A DNA stretch of 64,000 nucleotides from Dudresnaya verticillata (lineage: Eukaryota), in the NCBI GenBank assembly GCA_977862235.1, contig OZ374565.1:620001-684000 (forward strand). The letters are read 5' to 3'. Below are positions 22,998-37,279 of this stretch, piece after piece. A program made the translations under genes and the position numbers. Within the stretch, counting starts at the first letter, position 1. The number at the start of each line of letters is the position of its first letter. The notes beneath the pieces were generated by a model. It saw only the letters and a program-made list of their open reading frames with translations. It was not told the origin of the DNA and did not search any database.

Positions 22998-25900
22998 GAG
23001 ATGAACAAACAAGCACAATGTTTTGATTCTGGCAGAGTTGTCGTTACCATGCTATGTTAACAGAGATCTGGAACGAGATGACCAATATTCTCATGAAACG
23101 TTGCTGATACTGTGCCTGCACGTCCTTGGGCACTCACGCGGCTGCTTCCTTTAACAACAGAGCAAGTCCGTGCCGCGCTCTGTCATGGTCGCCCTCATCA
23201 ATCGCTCGCTCGTGCAAGGCGACGGCTTGCAAAGGTAGAACATGCCCTCCATCTCACGCGTCCCAGTATACTGTGTATACAGAGTATACACAAAACAAAG
23301 TGCAACCATGTCATGGACGTCGGCATTGTCGACGATAGATTTGCAAAGGGTGCGGCGTTGCGGTATGGCATTCATGTCAACAGGAGCGGGTGTTCAAGCG
23401 GCTGGAGACGGTTGCAGATGGGATGATTGGGGTGTGTGTCGGGAGCGAGTGCGCCAAGTGCAGCGCGGCTCGGTGAAAAGTTGCAAGTGGGGCGGCGGGA
23501 GGTGTTGCAGCGTATACGGTGGACCCGGAGAGTCCAGAAGGCGACTTGCTGGCGGGTTTAGAGGACGAGACGCATTGTGGCGTTAAAGACAATTGTCGCG
23601 GGGTGCAGCGTGTGCGGCTGTGCAACTAGGCCCTTGGTCGACTTCGATAATGTTTTGGAAGTAGTGGTGCTCTTCAATGGATGGTTGTAGCATGTGTTGG
23701 CGGTGGTATGTGGTCGGCAGCAACGACCGGGGAGAACGTTTCTGGCTTGGCGATCGACATTGTTGGTCAGCGAGGAAAGATACCCACGCAACACAATTGT
23801 ATTGCTGTTAACAGGAGAACACACTATGCGACGTCATCGCTACAGCCGTTACAATTGCAACTCTGATAATAGAGTCGCGAGCCATCCTTCAGCGTAGCGC
23901 GGTGCACGAGTATTAGGAGCCTTGGTGGATTGGCGCTCCGCGAGATCTTTGGACCACACGCAAACATCGTCATCGTACCGTTGCAGTCTCGTGGTCCGCT
24001 CCTCCACACAGCTGTGGAATCCCATCTATCATCCACCGCCAGCATTTTTGCCCACAAAATCACCTCTTGTTGCGGTCAACTCTGGACGGCTTGCGCAGTC
24101 TCGCCGTCACACCCGCAGCGCGCTGCTGCGACAGACATCCCGACCACTCCTACCACCGCTCCACTTGATGCAACCCCCCGGCGAACGGCCCCGCTCGCTC
24201 CCATTGTGCGCTCATCTGCCCTGTTGTCTGTTTTCCTTGGCATCTTTTATACTTGGCAACTTGTGCACTACGCTAGAGATCTGCAGTGCGTTGGGAATGT
24301 CCTCGCACAATCGCGGGATGGGCCAGAAGAGCTTTGCGTCGGCCTTCTGGGCAAGCCAGCTGGCTAGACCTGAAGTGCAAAATAGAACAGAATTCTTTTC
24401 TGAGCAAATTCGACTTGGCTTAAGCCAAGTCGACAAGGGCCCACAGTCGCCAGTTGCAACTGGATTCAATTCGGTCTCTACAGAAGACCATCGTTGCAAG
24501 ATCTCGTGTCATGTGTTTGACTCGCACATATTCGCAGGCACGCGTGCCAGGACAAAAGGCCAGACGAAGCGACCTCTTCAGAACAGGTCGCTGAATTCTA
24601 CATGCGACAGTCATCCGTGTCGAACACTTCCTAGAAGGTCCTCCGGGCAATGCTTTGTACCAACGGCAACACGTCTGCTCACGACATCCGTAACCGCCGC
24701 AACGTTGTCGGAGTCAAATCCTTCTCATGAATCCCTGTTTGGACCGATACGCCCTTACTCAGACCCGTCAGGCTTCAAGCCTTCCTCCCGCGACACGTGG
24801 GAATATATTTCCATGTCTTGTCAAAGACTAAGCGTGATATGGCAGATCTGAAGACTAACGGCACTACTGGAGTTGAAAAGGGGCGTGCATATGCACTCGA
24901 CAATTTGGAGTTTGAAGCGCATCGACAGTCGTTGCTTCCGCATGTCAACCTGTTCAATCTTACGGGGGTAGGAGATACAGATGGGTTAGTCATGTGCAAG
25001 CTGTGGGCAAGTGTTGTACGATTACAGAATTCTGTATGCGCTCCTTAAGGAGAGCATACATGCGAGCCCCGTGCTTGGTCAGAATGCCATTCGGCTCTGC
25101 GTAACTGCAGCCGTCGGCTGCATGAAGATTGCCCTTTCCCATAGAACCTACCATTGCAACCCGAGCTGTCCTTACAACTGAAATGAGGGAGACCGGGCAG
25201 ACATTTGGAATACAGACAGGACGTGGGCGTTGCATCATGACCGGTTCACTGGCGGTACTGGGCTCGCGCTTTCACGGATGATATTTTCGACGACAATCAT
25301 CAGTCATGTCACCAAAAGGTCTCCAGTATTTTTCTAGTAATGCATCACCTTGCATCACCTCTGAAGAGGATCAGCGTGCGTTGCCAACTCGTCGGCTACA
25401 AGGTACGAAAAAAACGCTGCGTTGCGGGGTGACGGCACCGCTACCAAAGACGCGGCATACAATGTACAGAACTCTGGCAGTCATACTCTGGCAGCCATGC
25501 AGGGTTTTGTAGACTAAGCGCACAAACTCAGTTGCTCCTATTATTTGACGCGTTCAAAGTGAGCGGTTTACAGGACTACGAAACTTCAGCGCTTCGAGAA
25601 GTTGCAAGGACATTGCTTGAAGTGACCCATATTGTAATCTACGACAACTTATCAGAACGACAATCCAAGTTGGAACCGTTGCCAAGATCTCCGGTCTTCA
25701 CATCTTGTTCATCCTCTCGATTTTCGAGTATGGGCGGCATTATGGCATTAAGATCCTCCTTTGAGTTCTCATTTTCTTGCAGTCATACGAATCATTAGCC
25801 ACGTCGTCGAAAAGATGGTGATGATCAGCGCAGGATACTTCGTTCAGCGATTGCTCTGTCGTGCGCGCTCGCCACGTCTGGCGTGCGAACGACGTCTCAG

Positions 25901-27404
25901 GCACCAACTCTCTGAATATCTTTGATTACGCACAAAGAGCCTTTTCAGAATCCGTCTGCAGATGAGCAAGCGAAGCATTTCATTGTGCCGGTAAAGGTAC
26001 CATCTAATTCTGTTCCCACAACCGCAAATGGTGGGCCTCCACACCAGGCCACCGAGCAAGGAAAATCGAGAAGCTCTGGCGGCAGCACATTGATTTGGAA
26101 ATTCCCCAGCATTCAATGCTATCTGCAGTTTGGACATATTGAAGATTTGCCCGCGGGCTGTGGTCGCTCTCGTTTGTAGCCATCGGGTGGCTATGGATAC
26201 GGGGGCGTTGCGCTTTTCGGCAACTTTTCAGCTCGGTATCCCTGGTGTCAGTCGAGAAGGTCTTCCCAGGATCGCTTCATTGCGGCCTCGTAAAAGCGCG
26301 TTGCATATGCCGGAGCTATTGTAACAGGGGCAGTGGACACTTTCGATATAGCTGTCACTAGTGATATATGTAGGAGTCCAAGATGCGATCATTTCGAAGT
26401 ACAACGTGTTTCACAGAAGGGTGTCGCGAAGTTCTTGTCTCATTGTATCCATAATTCTGGCATAGATGCTCCGCATCGAGCGATTGATCCTTTGATAGAA
26501 GAAGGCAGGTTGTGCGGTACAAGGGCTTTCTAAGCAACAGGAATTCGCAAGCATGCCACTTACATACAGAAGAACCTAACCGCAAGCAAAGTCTTAAATC
26601 TTAATGAAGGGAACGGAATTCCGTTCCTTCCTCACTACTCGTGGTAGATACTAACGTGAACGACGCAAACCTGCAAGCGCTTTCTTGTTGACTCCTATGC
26701 TTACATTACACACTACCGCGCTACCCCAGCTTCCAGTTGCGATAGTACCCCAGCTTCCAGTTGCGATAGTTGTTCATGACGAGCAGGAGCTCGTGTGTCC
26801 CATTAAGTTACCCTGCCTTTGCGCGCCCACGGAACCAATCCAGCATTTCCTTTGACGTGCGCAATCTGAGTTCATATAAGGTTCGTGACGTAGCAGTTGC
26901 TTACTTCAATGTTGCAAAACGGTGATCCTCTTTCCTTCTTACGGCTTACTCTGATACACAAGTAGCCCTCAATTCCTCTCATCGTAGCACTGTTATCGTT
27001 AGTGAGCTTAAAAGGATGAGACACAGCCATCGAAAGGGTGTGGTGAGTGCGAGTGCTGTTGCAGGGTCGCTCGGCGGTTCTACTCAGATCTGAAAGTGGC
27101 AAACCGGGGACCCAGTGCGCGACGTTTTTGTCGGGCACAGTAGCTTGCTGCTGCGCGCGAGCATGACGAGGTTAAGAAGTGTGGGGGCGAGGGCGAGACG
27201 AGGCTAGAGCACGACATGGAGCGACCAGGACGCTGTACGTGAGCGACGTGGCGATGGAGCGACACGGGGCGGGAGCGAGATGGACAGGCTTCACTGGACG
27301 CGGTACGGGAGTAAGGTGCGCCTCGCAATGGCGAGGGCGCTATGTGGCACAGTATGAAAGCGAGGTGGTGGACCATGAGGTCATCTCATGAGGTGCACCC
27401 TCAT

Positions 27405-27590
27405 GAGGGCGCGATACAACGCGGGAACGAGACGGCGAGGGCGCTAGGTGCTGCAGTATGGAAGCGAGTTGGTGAGGGCGTGACACAACACGGGAGCGAG
27501 ATGGAGAGGGCGCTAGGTGCTGCAGTATGGAAGCGAGTTGGTGATGGCGCGACACAACACGGGAGCGAGATTGCGAGGGCGCTAGGTGGC
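27405..27590. repeat. 69-bp subterminal tandem repeat (~2.7 copies)
   Basis: gagggcgctaggtgctgcagtatggaagcgagttggtga...cacaacacgggagcgagat repeated; gives 23-aa repeats in the overlapping ORFs. Confidence 0.85.
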
Positions 27591-27714
27591 GCGAGCGCGA
27601 CACGGGTCGAGCAAGACGCGGTACCGGAACGAGGTGGCGGAGGTGGTCGGGGCTCGGTGGGGGTGGGGCCCCATACAATATGCGCATGCGCCGGTGGGGT
27701 GAGGGGGTACAGCG

Positions 27715-27986
27715 CTGCGCAAGTCTTTCCGGCCCCGCGGGGCGCGCGGGCGTGGGGCAATTTCTGGGAAAATATTTTCGGAAAGTTTCGGGGGTAATTC
27801 GAACCTTTTCAAGGGTCATATAATGGGTGTGCGGATGGCCATAACTTTGGAACGGCTTGACTTTAGGGCAAACGGATTGCACCAATGTTTTTAGCGCGCT
27901 CTCCCCTTGCGTATACAAATAGGAAAGTGGGTACGTTTTCCATTCTGTTTGAAAAAGTAGATTCTGAAGAGGCCGAAATCAGTGTT
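27715..27986 (-). repeat. Right TIR
   Basis: Ends ...aaaaagtagattctgaagaggccgaaatcagtgtt followed by atgc. Confidence 0.92.
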
Positions 27987-27990
27987 ATGC

Positions 27991-29090
27991 TTCGGTAGAG
28001 CATTTCTGAAGTAAGGAACGCAAATATCCCCAATAAAACCCACCGATATTTTCTGCCGCTTAGTCGTCCTCCATGCATATTCTTCGACCAGGTGCTGTCC
28101 CTTCTTCGCAACTGCGAAGAAAGCATTTGCAGAGAAATTTTCTATAGCAGACAGAAACCAGCCCAGCTCCATCTTCTCTAAACCAAAAGTAGTAGGTGAG
28201 CGACCACCAGAATCTTCGGGTCACGCGCGCGCAATGCCTGCGGGGGGTCACTCCGACCTACCAACAGGATCGGTCGCGGCTCAATGGATGTGAATATCGT
28301 TGCTCCAACCAACCATGTCCCTATCGTTCTTCGAAACAGCGACAACATGTTTCGGGAGACGTCTTGCTTGAACAGGTAGAAGCGAGCGTAGCTCCAGCGC
28401 CTTCCGACAGCGTATTCCTTCGTGGCCAACAGGGTTTTCTTCGGGTCCCGCGTGCTGAACACCTGCAGCTGGCCATACTGACCTATCCGCCAGGTTCCGC
28501 AGCACCACAATGGTCGCGAGCAATATTGCTTCCAACATCCAGTGTCCCAACCCGTGTTCCCAACTACGAAAGAATATTCAGCAGAATGCGAGCATTTCTC
28601 CTCCAGCAATTATGCAGATCGACAACTGCCTACTGATAACCCTCGTCACCAGATACGGCATGAAAGGAGCATGAAAGGAGCACGAAATAGAGGTGCAAGG
28701 CGTCCTTCGCGCACGGCGAGATTGGAGCGCTGATGCGCCGCCAGCAACCATCCTTCGCTGCAACCTTCTCTCCCAAGCATGTCGCTCCGCTATGGAGGTG
28801 CCTTGTAGAACGATGGTACATCCTGTACCATTGCTTGCCACCGGTATTCCAGCGCAGTGGTGGAGGCTTTTTTTGAAGAACGCGAGCGATATAGCATTCC
28901 GCAGTTCTTGAAGACAGACATATGTTACAATGTCGAAGTTGATCACGGCCTTGTAGAGGCCTTGTGCGTGAAACACCTGCAGTTAGATGATTATGCTTAC
29001 CAGGGCATCAGCAGCACACAAGAGGCGAGCACCCATGCTTCCAGGATATTGCGCCCCCGTGCAATGTAATGTCCCCTGCCGATTTAATGC
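27991..29090 (+). pseudogene. Degenerate MULE-type transposase
   Basis: ISEVRNANIPNKTHRYFLPL is in register with the MULE EV...D.TYKTNRY.LPL motif. PKVV/VSD and a possible eroded SWIM (C....C....VPCRTM) follow. Confidence 0.45.
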
Positions 29091-29093
29091 ACC

Positions 29094-29858
29094 TGTAGTA
29101 TAGGCGTCGGGTCGATCCGACGTCTGATACTCGCTGGTCCGAAGCCTTCAAACATACCCGTCGATGGGTAGCTGTTGTGTGGTAGAGCGGTGTCGGCCAC
29201 GTTCGCCCCGCAGGTGCGGATCGACGGCGTCGATGCTGGAGCACGCACGGGGCGTACCGTACGCGGGTAGGCAGCGGCCGGATACCAGCGTCCCTGTCGA
29301 AGGGCTGCACGAAGCCGACGGAAAGGAAAAGGAAAAGCCTAGCGAGGCAAGGGGGAAAGGAGAACCGCCCACTGGCGTAGAGGAAAAGGGATCGAACCCA
29401 AAGAGGATGGGGGCAAGCTTTAGCGCCAGCTGTTGCTTGCCGAGATTACTGAGCCGTCGATGGCAGACGGCCTTAAATACCCTACACTATGTACACTACG
29501 TTTACTCTACAGTGGGTACGCCCTGCAGCACCAACGCGGGAGGTGTGCGTGCGAGAGCCCATAAACGTGTCGACACGTTCGGGTAACGGCTACCCGTGGG
29601 CGCGCGCGAGGCGTATCGGGCAGTGGCCCTCTCAACGGCTCGATGCCGGAGAGCGCCACTGGGGCGCGCCGTGTGCGCCACGGCGCGCAGCCGCTGCTGA
29701 CAGTAAGGCGATCGACCGCCTCTAAAATCAACGAAAGAACTAAAGGCACGCTGCCCAACCACGACTTGCCAGCTGGGCGTCGTCGGGTGCACAATTACAG
29801 TGCGTAGCTGCGCACCCCTTACAGCCGCTGCTGATGGGGTGCTGACAGCTATACTACA
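29094..29858. mobile_element. Solo LTR
   Basis: tgtagtatag...ctatactaca 10-bp terminal IR; perfect 5-bp TSD GCACC. Confidence 0.9.
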
Positions 29859-30399
29859 GCACCGAAATGGGGTCGTGCATAGCGTAGTCGACAGCTCATC
29901 ACGTTTTAGTGTCGGGTCAGCTCAAGGCGGTTTGCAGTAATGCGCGCCCTCAGCACAGCAATCCTGTCCAAAGCACCGCACTCGAGGTAAAAGTAGCGAA
30001 ACCTTAGTGCTATCCAGTATAATGCAACAAACACGAAAGCGCAAGCATACTATATGGAAATTTCTACATTTTTACTTGGTTGAAGGCGATTCGCCACTCT
30101 TTGGTCTTGGTCTTGACTGCAAACAGAACTCGAACATCATGAAATTGCAGACGCCAACCCCCGTCAATTTCCAACGCCCGACATTAAAGCGATCTAGAAA
30201 CTTCCATACATACTTTTCAGGTCTTCAAAAGGAGATCTACGGCTGAGACTAGATATTGTATCTCATCCCAAATCTTCATAGACCGTTGATGGCAAAATAT
30301 TGTTTAGAATCTGGCGAAGAAAGTTCATCGTTTCACTCATGCTATCCCCATTGAAATAAATCTATCATTCACCACGCTGGCAAACTCATTGAGCCGCTT

Positions 30400-33000
30400 T
30401 CAGACGCGTTGGAAGTCGTTTACGAATCATATGGCATCTGCGCTACCAATCGAAAACCCAAGTACGCGAAGAAGAGCTCTATCACCAGGTCTGACACAGC
30501 ACTCGACGCGGAGACACAAACCGACTTCGTGTGGAGCGAAAGCAAAGAGGATAAGTATGTTTTAATAAACATCGCCGACATGTACCCGAAGTATGGCATG
30601 CGAGAAAACGCACCGGGTCGAAATGTTGCCACAATTCGCTTATTGCTGGAATGCGAATGGATATATCAGCAAATAGCTCTTAAGAGCTCTAGTGCAGACC
30701 CTGACTTTGTGCACACCTGCTATGTAAACTTTCCTTTTCCTGCCCAACATATCCCCACATATTCGACCTGTCCAAAAGAGTAACAAAGCCGGCGTCGTGG
30801 AACGCAGCAAAAGATTGATCAAAACACCTTTGCAGCAAATCAACCTCTGGAACACCTACCACCCCCTGTCGGCCGAGCCCCTTTAGTAACTAACATGTTT
30901 AGAGGCTCAAAACCCTTAAGCGCCTTTGAGATCTATCGATTTTACTCCTCTTCTATCCTCTTCATTCCAAAAGTCATATTATCTAAAGCCTGCTGAAAGC
31001 ATACCTGGCACAAACGGCACCTCGTGCCTTGCAAGAACTACTATGCTAATACACTCCTCATGCAGTCCCCTCTCCTTTTGCAACCGAGAAACCCCGCTCT
31101 TGTGTACTTCAATAGCGCCAAGTAGACTGAACGCGGTAGATGGATCAAACTCACGGTCGTAGACGCTAAGCCGCACCTCGTTTTATGCTGACGCTCCATC
31201 CTTGGCCCACCCCTATTGGTCGCATATGAATACGTCATTCTGGCGCCTAATGAAGAGCTTCTGCTTCCCCAAGAACTAACAGCTTGCACCCTCGAACAAG
31301 AGCTTGATAAGATTTCAGCCACTGATCCTCCAGCACAGCAACAGCCTCCGATCGTAACACCAACTGATCCATTCTCACACGCCCAGCTACTCTCCGATGA
31401 CCCCACCATCTCCTTGACATGCTAAATGAGCGCCAGATGCACAATACACTCAGATACCCAGAATAGTATCCCCGAACGCCGTTCTGCGCATGAACCTTGG
31501 CGTCTCGCCACCCTAAGCCCCAGCACGGTCCTCCCTGTTATCATTTCATTTCTCAAGGCTGCTCAGAGAGCGATATCGGTGTCACTAGGGCCTCAGAAGC
31601 CCTCTCTCCGGCCCTCAGTTCCAATCGTACTTCCCATGCAGAGCATGTACAAGCGCAAATTTACAATACCATCCGCTCCTTAACAGACGCAAGAAGAAAA
31701 CTGCAATTTGCCCCTACGTGGGTACTTGACAATGCTTTAATCGCTGAACACAGCTCTAACTGGATTGATGTCTACACAGAAGTAAGTACATATTAGGTCC
31801 TTTCACGCACAAGCATCATCAAAGCCCACATCCTTTACAAGGTGAAAATGGACGAAGCAGGCAAGCGGGCATTCAAAGAGCAGAATAGTCCCATATAGGA
31901 ATCGCGATGACCACAAGGCTGAACTCTGCAAATATTTTTGGACGGCACAATTCGATGTCATTTGGCTGCTACGTTCTCCAGTTACGATGTTCTCCTTCCG
32001 CGCTGGCATCGTCAACATCCAAGGCGCACACTTGCAAAGTGGTCCAATTCAGTGGGACCTATATATTCGTCCACCACGCGAATGGAATCGACCTTGTGTC
32101 CAAGTATCGAAGTTAAAAAAGCTTCCTTATGGAATCGTTAAAGCCGGCAGACAAGTGGAAAAAGCTATCGAGGCATGGGTGATCGTTGGGGCTCAACTAG
32201 AATTCGTCTTTGGATTGCGTGTGCTTTCCGCAAACGAGACTCAGTGGGACGCACCATTCTCCTAATAGCCAGGGTTATCGACGATTTTATTCTAGCAGGC
32301 TCTGTTGTTTCCATGGAATGTTTTCTATCCCAATTACAGAAGCGCTTCACGAAAAGCAAATAGATTGTCGATGGATGATTCATGTTAAATTGCTCACGAA
32401 TATGGCAGAAGGAACCAGGTGCCATCTGCATGAACATCGCTGACAGTATGTCACGCATCGACCCCATCTCTCTCTAGAACGTGCCGCAAAGAACGCAACT
32501 CCCTCGCCTCAGAAGCAGAACCGAATGCCTACGGATCCCTTGTTGGTGGACTGGTTTGGCTCGGTAGTGGTGTCCTCCCGCAAACAGCCTATTTCGCTTT
32601 GTTAATGCAACAAAAGCTTGCCTACCTCCAAATGCAACATCTATGGGACGTGAACAATATCTTAAATGAATGAAGACCCCACAACCCTACATCTCGTTTC
32701 CATACTCTTAAGCTCCCTTTACCTCAACGGATAATATACGTTCTCGGATGCATCATTGAACATCGGCTCAGATCAACAATATGGACAAACTGACGAGATC
32801 ACAGGCATATGCTGTGACACCGCAACACAGCGCCATGTATACCAATTCATTGATTGCTCGAGTCATAAGCAGCGTCTTTTCAGCTAGTCATGCTATGGAG
32901 CTGATGTCTTCGGAAGGCCAGTGTGCATTTCAACTTGACGTGGATTGTAGCAGTCCAAATGTTGACTGATCAGCCCTCCGATTCTGACTGAGAAAAAGCT
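30400..33000 (+). pseudogene. Degenerate Copia pol (integrase-RT-RNase H)
   Basis: KAGVVERSKRLIK; VNIQGAHLQSGPIQWDLYIRPPREW; LKKLPYGIVKAGRQ; RVIDDFILAG; FSDAS, in Copia order with many disruptions. Confidence 0.75.
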
Positions 33001-34423
33001 CTTAGGATACGTCGAAGTCATATCACACTTTTGCGGTATTCCGTTCGCCCCTGTATGACCATTTCCACATCCCGTGTCCGACGCTCGCGAAGTGCTTTGG
33101 CTCCTGGCAGATCCGTTCCCGCTTTTGCGAGCAGATCAAATATCAAATATCTGCTCACAATCAGAACATTTCGCAAACCGGTGAGTGCGTCAGGCCTTAA
33201 TCTGCGGACAGCTTTGTGATGTGTACTGCCTGAACCACCACTCTCGACAGACGGTCCACCGAGCTGGTGGTTGCTCCACTCATTCTCTTTCGAACATTTT
33301 CCACTCGCATTCTTAGCGCATCTACCTCCCCTCGAAGAGCCCGCATCTCCGGGAGAAGTGCTTCCGTATCCATATATTTTCCCGTGGCAGTCTCCTGTGG
33401 AAGGTTTTGTGGTGATTCCATAGGTATGTATATGGAAATGAGATCTGCCGGTGGAATGGAGCGCACTCTCGGCTGGAGAAAATGTGAGACTATTACGTAA
33501 CCAAGTGCAGGTGTTTCACGAAGTCTCCGACTCTGATTGGAAAGGTTCCATCTCGTTAAGACCCCATGCAAATAATGAACTTAAATTTTTAAGCAGGGAC
33601 GGTTGTTCTTACGGGCCCTTGAGTGTGTGTTTGTATGGCTGTTAGCAACTGCTTCGTATACATTGAATGAAAACACTGCTACGAGGTTTTCGCCTGGTTT
33701 GCTGAGCTGCTACACCTCGTGACCGTGTATTTTCTCCTTAACCCCAGTTCACTCGTCATTCGGCTGAATTGTTGCCTCATCAAGTATATATTTGTCCTCA
33801 TTCGAGCTGCCTCTGTCGCCACCTTTCAGGTTTTGCTCGGTACACATGAAGGAATAATCATGTGACAATAATTTCTCTTTCACTGCTATTGAGTCTCCCC
33901 AAACGTTTCTGACATCATTCCCCGCTTCTCTGACATCGTTATTCAGCTAACCTTACTCCACACTTAGCTGGTCGCGCCTTATTAGATGTTCTCTGTGCCT
34001 CCAAAACATCGGTTGAACGCTGATGTGGAAGTAAATCTCCAGGTCCGCACTTATGTCTCTCGTTGGCGAGTCGTTGCAGCAAAACGGGTCCAGATCAGGA
34101 AAACAGAACATAATAAGGACAACTGTCTGGATCTGGTGCTTAAGGGTAGCTCGGCGGTGTGGTAGAGGCTTAAAGAATGGCACTAGCACGCACATGGAAA
34201 AGGGGACAGAAAGGGAGGACGCGACTCAGTAGTCCGCAGGGAACTTGTCTTATGATGATGAGCCTGTAGTGGGTGTCCGTAAAGGGGAACGGGAAGAGCC
34301 CTGAACCATAAAGCGGTCAAGACCGAGAAACGCATTGTAGTGCCCATCCAGGGGTGCCCTGCTACTCAGGGGACCAATAAATAGGGGTTGTGCAAGTTCT
34401 AGTACTAGCTACTACTTTGTACT

Positions 34424-35228
34424 TGTGGCATAGATGTCAGGTCGAACTCCAGGTCTATGGTGGCTGGTTTCGTGGTCGCACGCAGACCCGTCGACGGGTG
34501 CTGGTAGCTGTGTTGGTAGAGCGGTGCTGTCGGCCGCGCGCGCCGTGGACGGTCGCGGATCTACGCCGTCGAAGCCTAAGCGCGCACGGGGAGGACCGTA
34601 CGCGGACAGCAGCAGCCGGATCCCAGCGTCCCCGTCATGGGGCGGCGCGAAGCCGACAGTTGGAAAGGAACTGGGGAGCCTAAAAGGGTAATGGAGAGGG
34701 AAAAGCCGTAGGGCGAAAGACTGGGAAAGAAACCCAAAAGAATGAGGCAAGCACGAGCGTAGACAGGTTGCTTATTGTGTTTACTTAGCCATGCCTGTCG
34801 AAACTAGCATTAAATAGACTAGCTACAGTACGGGGCGATACCAACGCGGGAGGTGCGCCGGGGTTTCGACACTTACGGGTAACCGCTACCCGGGGGCACG
34901 CGCGAACATAACGGTCCGCCGCGCACTCACCGGCTCGATACCGGAGTGGCTCGTGCGTCGTGCGCCGATTGCGGGACGGCGCGCAGGACAGCAAGCTGTT
35001 TGACCGCTGCTTAATTTAGACTACACTGTATACGCAAAAATAGACGTAGAAGTTACACGGGAGTGTCAGTGTCACATGCCTACGTGCGGGCGCCACAGCA
35101 CACTTCCTTACAGTTCAGCGGGGATCCGGCGCCACCGGCTGACAGCTTGCGCACAGCGGTGTACACGTGACGCAGCTGATCTTACAGCTGCGCGGGTGTG
35201 GAATAGCTGGTCTGACAGCTATACCACA
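34424..35228. mobile_element. Solo LTR
   Basis: tgtggcatag...ctataccaca; perfect 5-bp TSD GTACT. Confidence 0.9.
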
Positions 35229-37279
35229 GTACTGTATTATAATTACAGAAAGCAATGGTTAGCGGATACACGCCTCTATGGCACCGTATTATCGGGAAGT
35301 ACCCCCGTTGCAGCATCGATAAGCGTGCGCTCGAAGAGAGCTGCAGGCGCAAATGAATCTGCGTCGGGCGTCAATCAAGTACTCCATCCTGGAATCGTCC
35401 AGCGAGGTTAGCGACTTACAGGGCATATGCCCGTTAACGCTTACAGCGTATCATGCCAATCTGTCGCAAATCGCCGTTGTGCCACAGCCCAGCAGGGAGT
35501 GGCGTCAAAGGACGGTAGCGATGGAGCTAAATTGCGAGTAGGGTCCTGATTCCTTGCATCCGGATGCGCTCGAAACTGGACTCTGGTGCTCCATAGACTG
35601 TATGGAGCCGAAGGCAAAATATGCGCGAAAATACCACATTGCTGGCCGCTCAGCGCGCTGAGATATTTAATTCGCCAATAGTGCGAAGCCATCTCAACTC
35701 CTGCGTCCGTCCTTACAGACGTCGCGTGTCCACACGTATACTTAAAGTGCAAGATTGTGGATCCTTATGACGAAGTCGATACATTGGTGACCACGACAAC
35801 TCCGAACGAATCGCGATGCGCTGCCCGCGGTACAACGTGGTTGACCGCTTACACACACCCATACATAGAAAACACAAATATGTATGCAAACTAACAAAGT
35901 GTATAACTCGTTGATTTTGAGGGGTGTGCATGAATTGATTCGTTGTTGGAAACTGTGTAAGGGTGGAATACTGCTTTCGAAAGAGCGTGCGAGAGGGTGC
36001 AAGTTTTGTTATGTAAAGAGGGTCGTAACATGACAATCTTGCAGGAGTATGAGGGTGAAATTTTCGGGACTGCTAATATGTACTTGACTGAACTTGGTTG
36101 GGATGCAAAAGTTGTTCTGTCCCAGTTGTCCCAGTTGGGTATCCTAACTGAGATACCCTGTCCCTCTGTCATTTAGGAACTCCAAGTGGAATAACCAAAT
36201 GGGATAGCTATCATATAGCTCTAAGAGCTCTAGCCCGGGGTACGACTGGCGCCATGTTCAAGAGACATTTCTGCCCACAAGTTCCAGTGTGGAGTGTGGT
36301 CTATCTGAATTACAGTCTCGGTATGACGATCCTATCGGAATTGGAATAACATATTATGTAAGATATAGATAGGTACTAGGTCGTTGGGTGGTCTACTTTG
36401 TCTCTATGGGATACCTAGGTAGACTTCAGCTGAATTCATCATCACTCTAGGACGGCATGTTACAATTGTGGAGTTTAAGCCAGTCTAGACTGATCAGTTT
36501 GAGCTGGAGCTCAGTTGTCTTCTTAAGGATGTTTCTGTCACAGTTCTAATTCCGAATAGATTTCACAAGAACAGTTATTCAAATTCCTATACAGCTCGCA
36601 GGAGGTTGGATCTAAGTTCAATTTGATCTGCTTATGCACATGTGCATAAACATGTCAGGTGCGGCGGGAGCGAGGAATAGCATTTCTCGGTCGATGCGGA
36701 ACATCTTATATTGGAAACATCTCATATGCAAGATGGCTTTGACGTATGACATTTAAAGCGGATAGATACGGACGTCCGGATTGTACAATCACCTATTTCA
36801 TACATCATCAAACGGCACAAAATCCTCGCCCCGGTCATATCCATCTCACGGCAGCTCCTCCTGAAAACCTACTATGTGCAACCTTGGCTTGCTGTGGCCT
36901 TAAGAACCAAGGGAAACATGAGATAGTTTCGGCATTTCCCTACAGAGCGTTGCAACTGAATACCACGCCTGGACCTCGGTCTTCCGCTCGGCGATGATCA
37001 ATATCGCCTCTCGCACAACACGCAAAGGCTCTTCGGATTTTTGTATATACTTCCTGCAAGATACTCTGTGCCCATTGCACAAAACATTGTCAGATAGATA
37101 GGACTCTATTTAAATTTCGATACTAGGGAAACATATTAGACTTCCCTCAAGCTGTAGTGCTTGTGATATAAGCTAGAAAAATCGCTTTCAGTGATAATAC
37201 TCCTTCGAGGGCCACACAAACCCCCTCAACTCCACTTTCAGGGTCCGGACCAGGGTTCACCTCGCCTCCAAGGATGTAC

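Larger units (their letters stand above)
12760..27986 (-). mobile_element. ~15.2-kb long-TIR DNA transposon (Sola-like DDD) carrying ParB-methyltransferase cargo
   Basis: 12760-13030 and 27715-27986 are inverted copies. ATGC flanks both ends (12756-12759, 27987-27990). An internal transposase is present. Confidence 0.85.

Noticed and set aside
23922..24851. 309-aa ORF as an intact gene
   Set aside because: Ser/Arg/Pro-rich, non-ATG start, no motif; probably a mosaic of frames.
12762..27984. CACTA/CACTG (EnSpm) classification from CACTG...CAGTG
   Set aside because: No 2-3-bp direct TSD at those positions; the inverted match extends 2 nt further to a 4-bp TSD, and the transposase lacks TnpD motifs.
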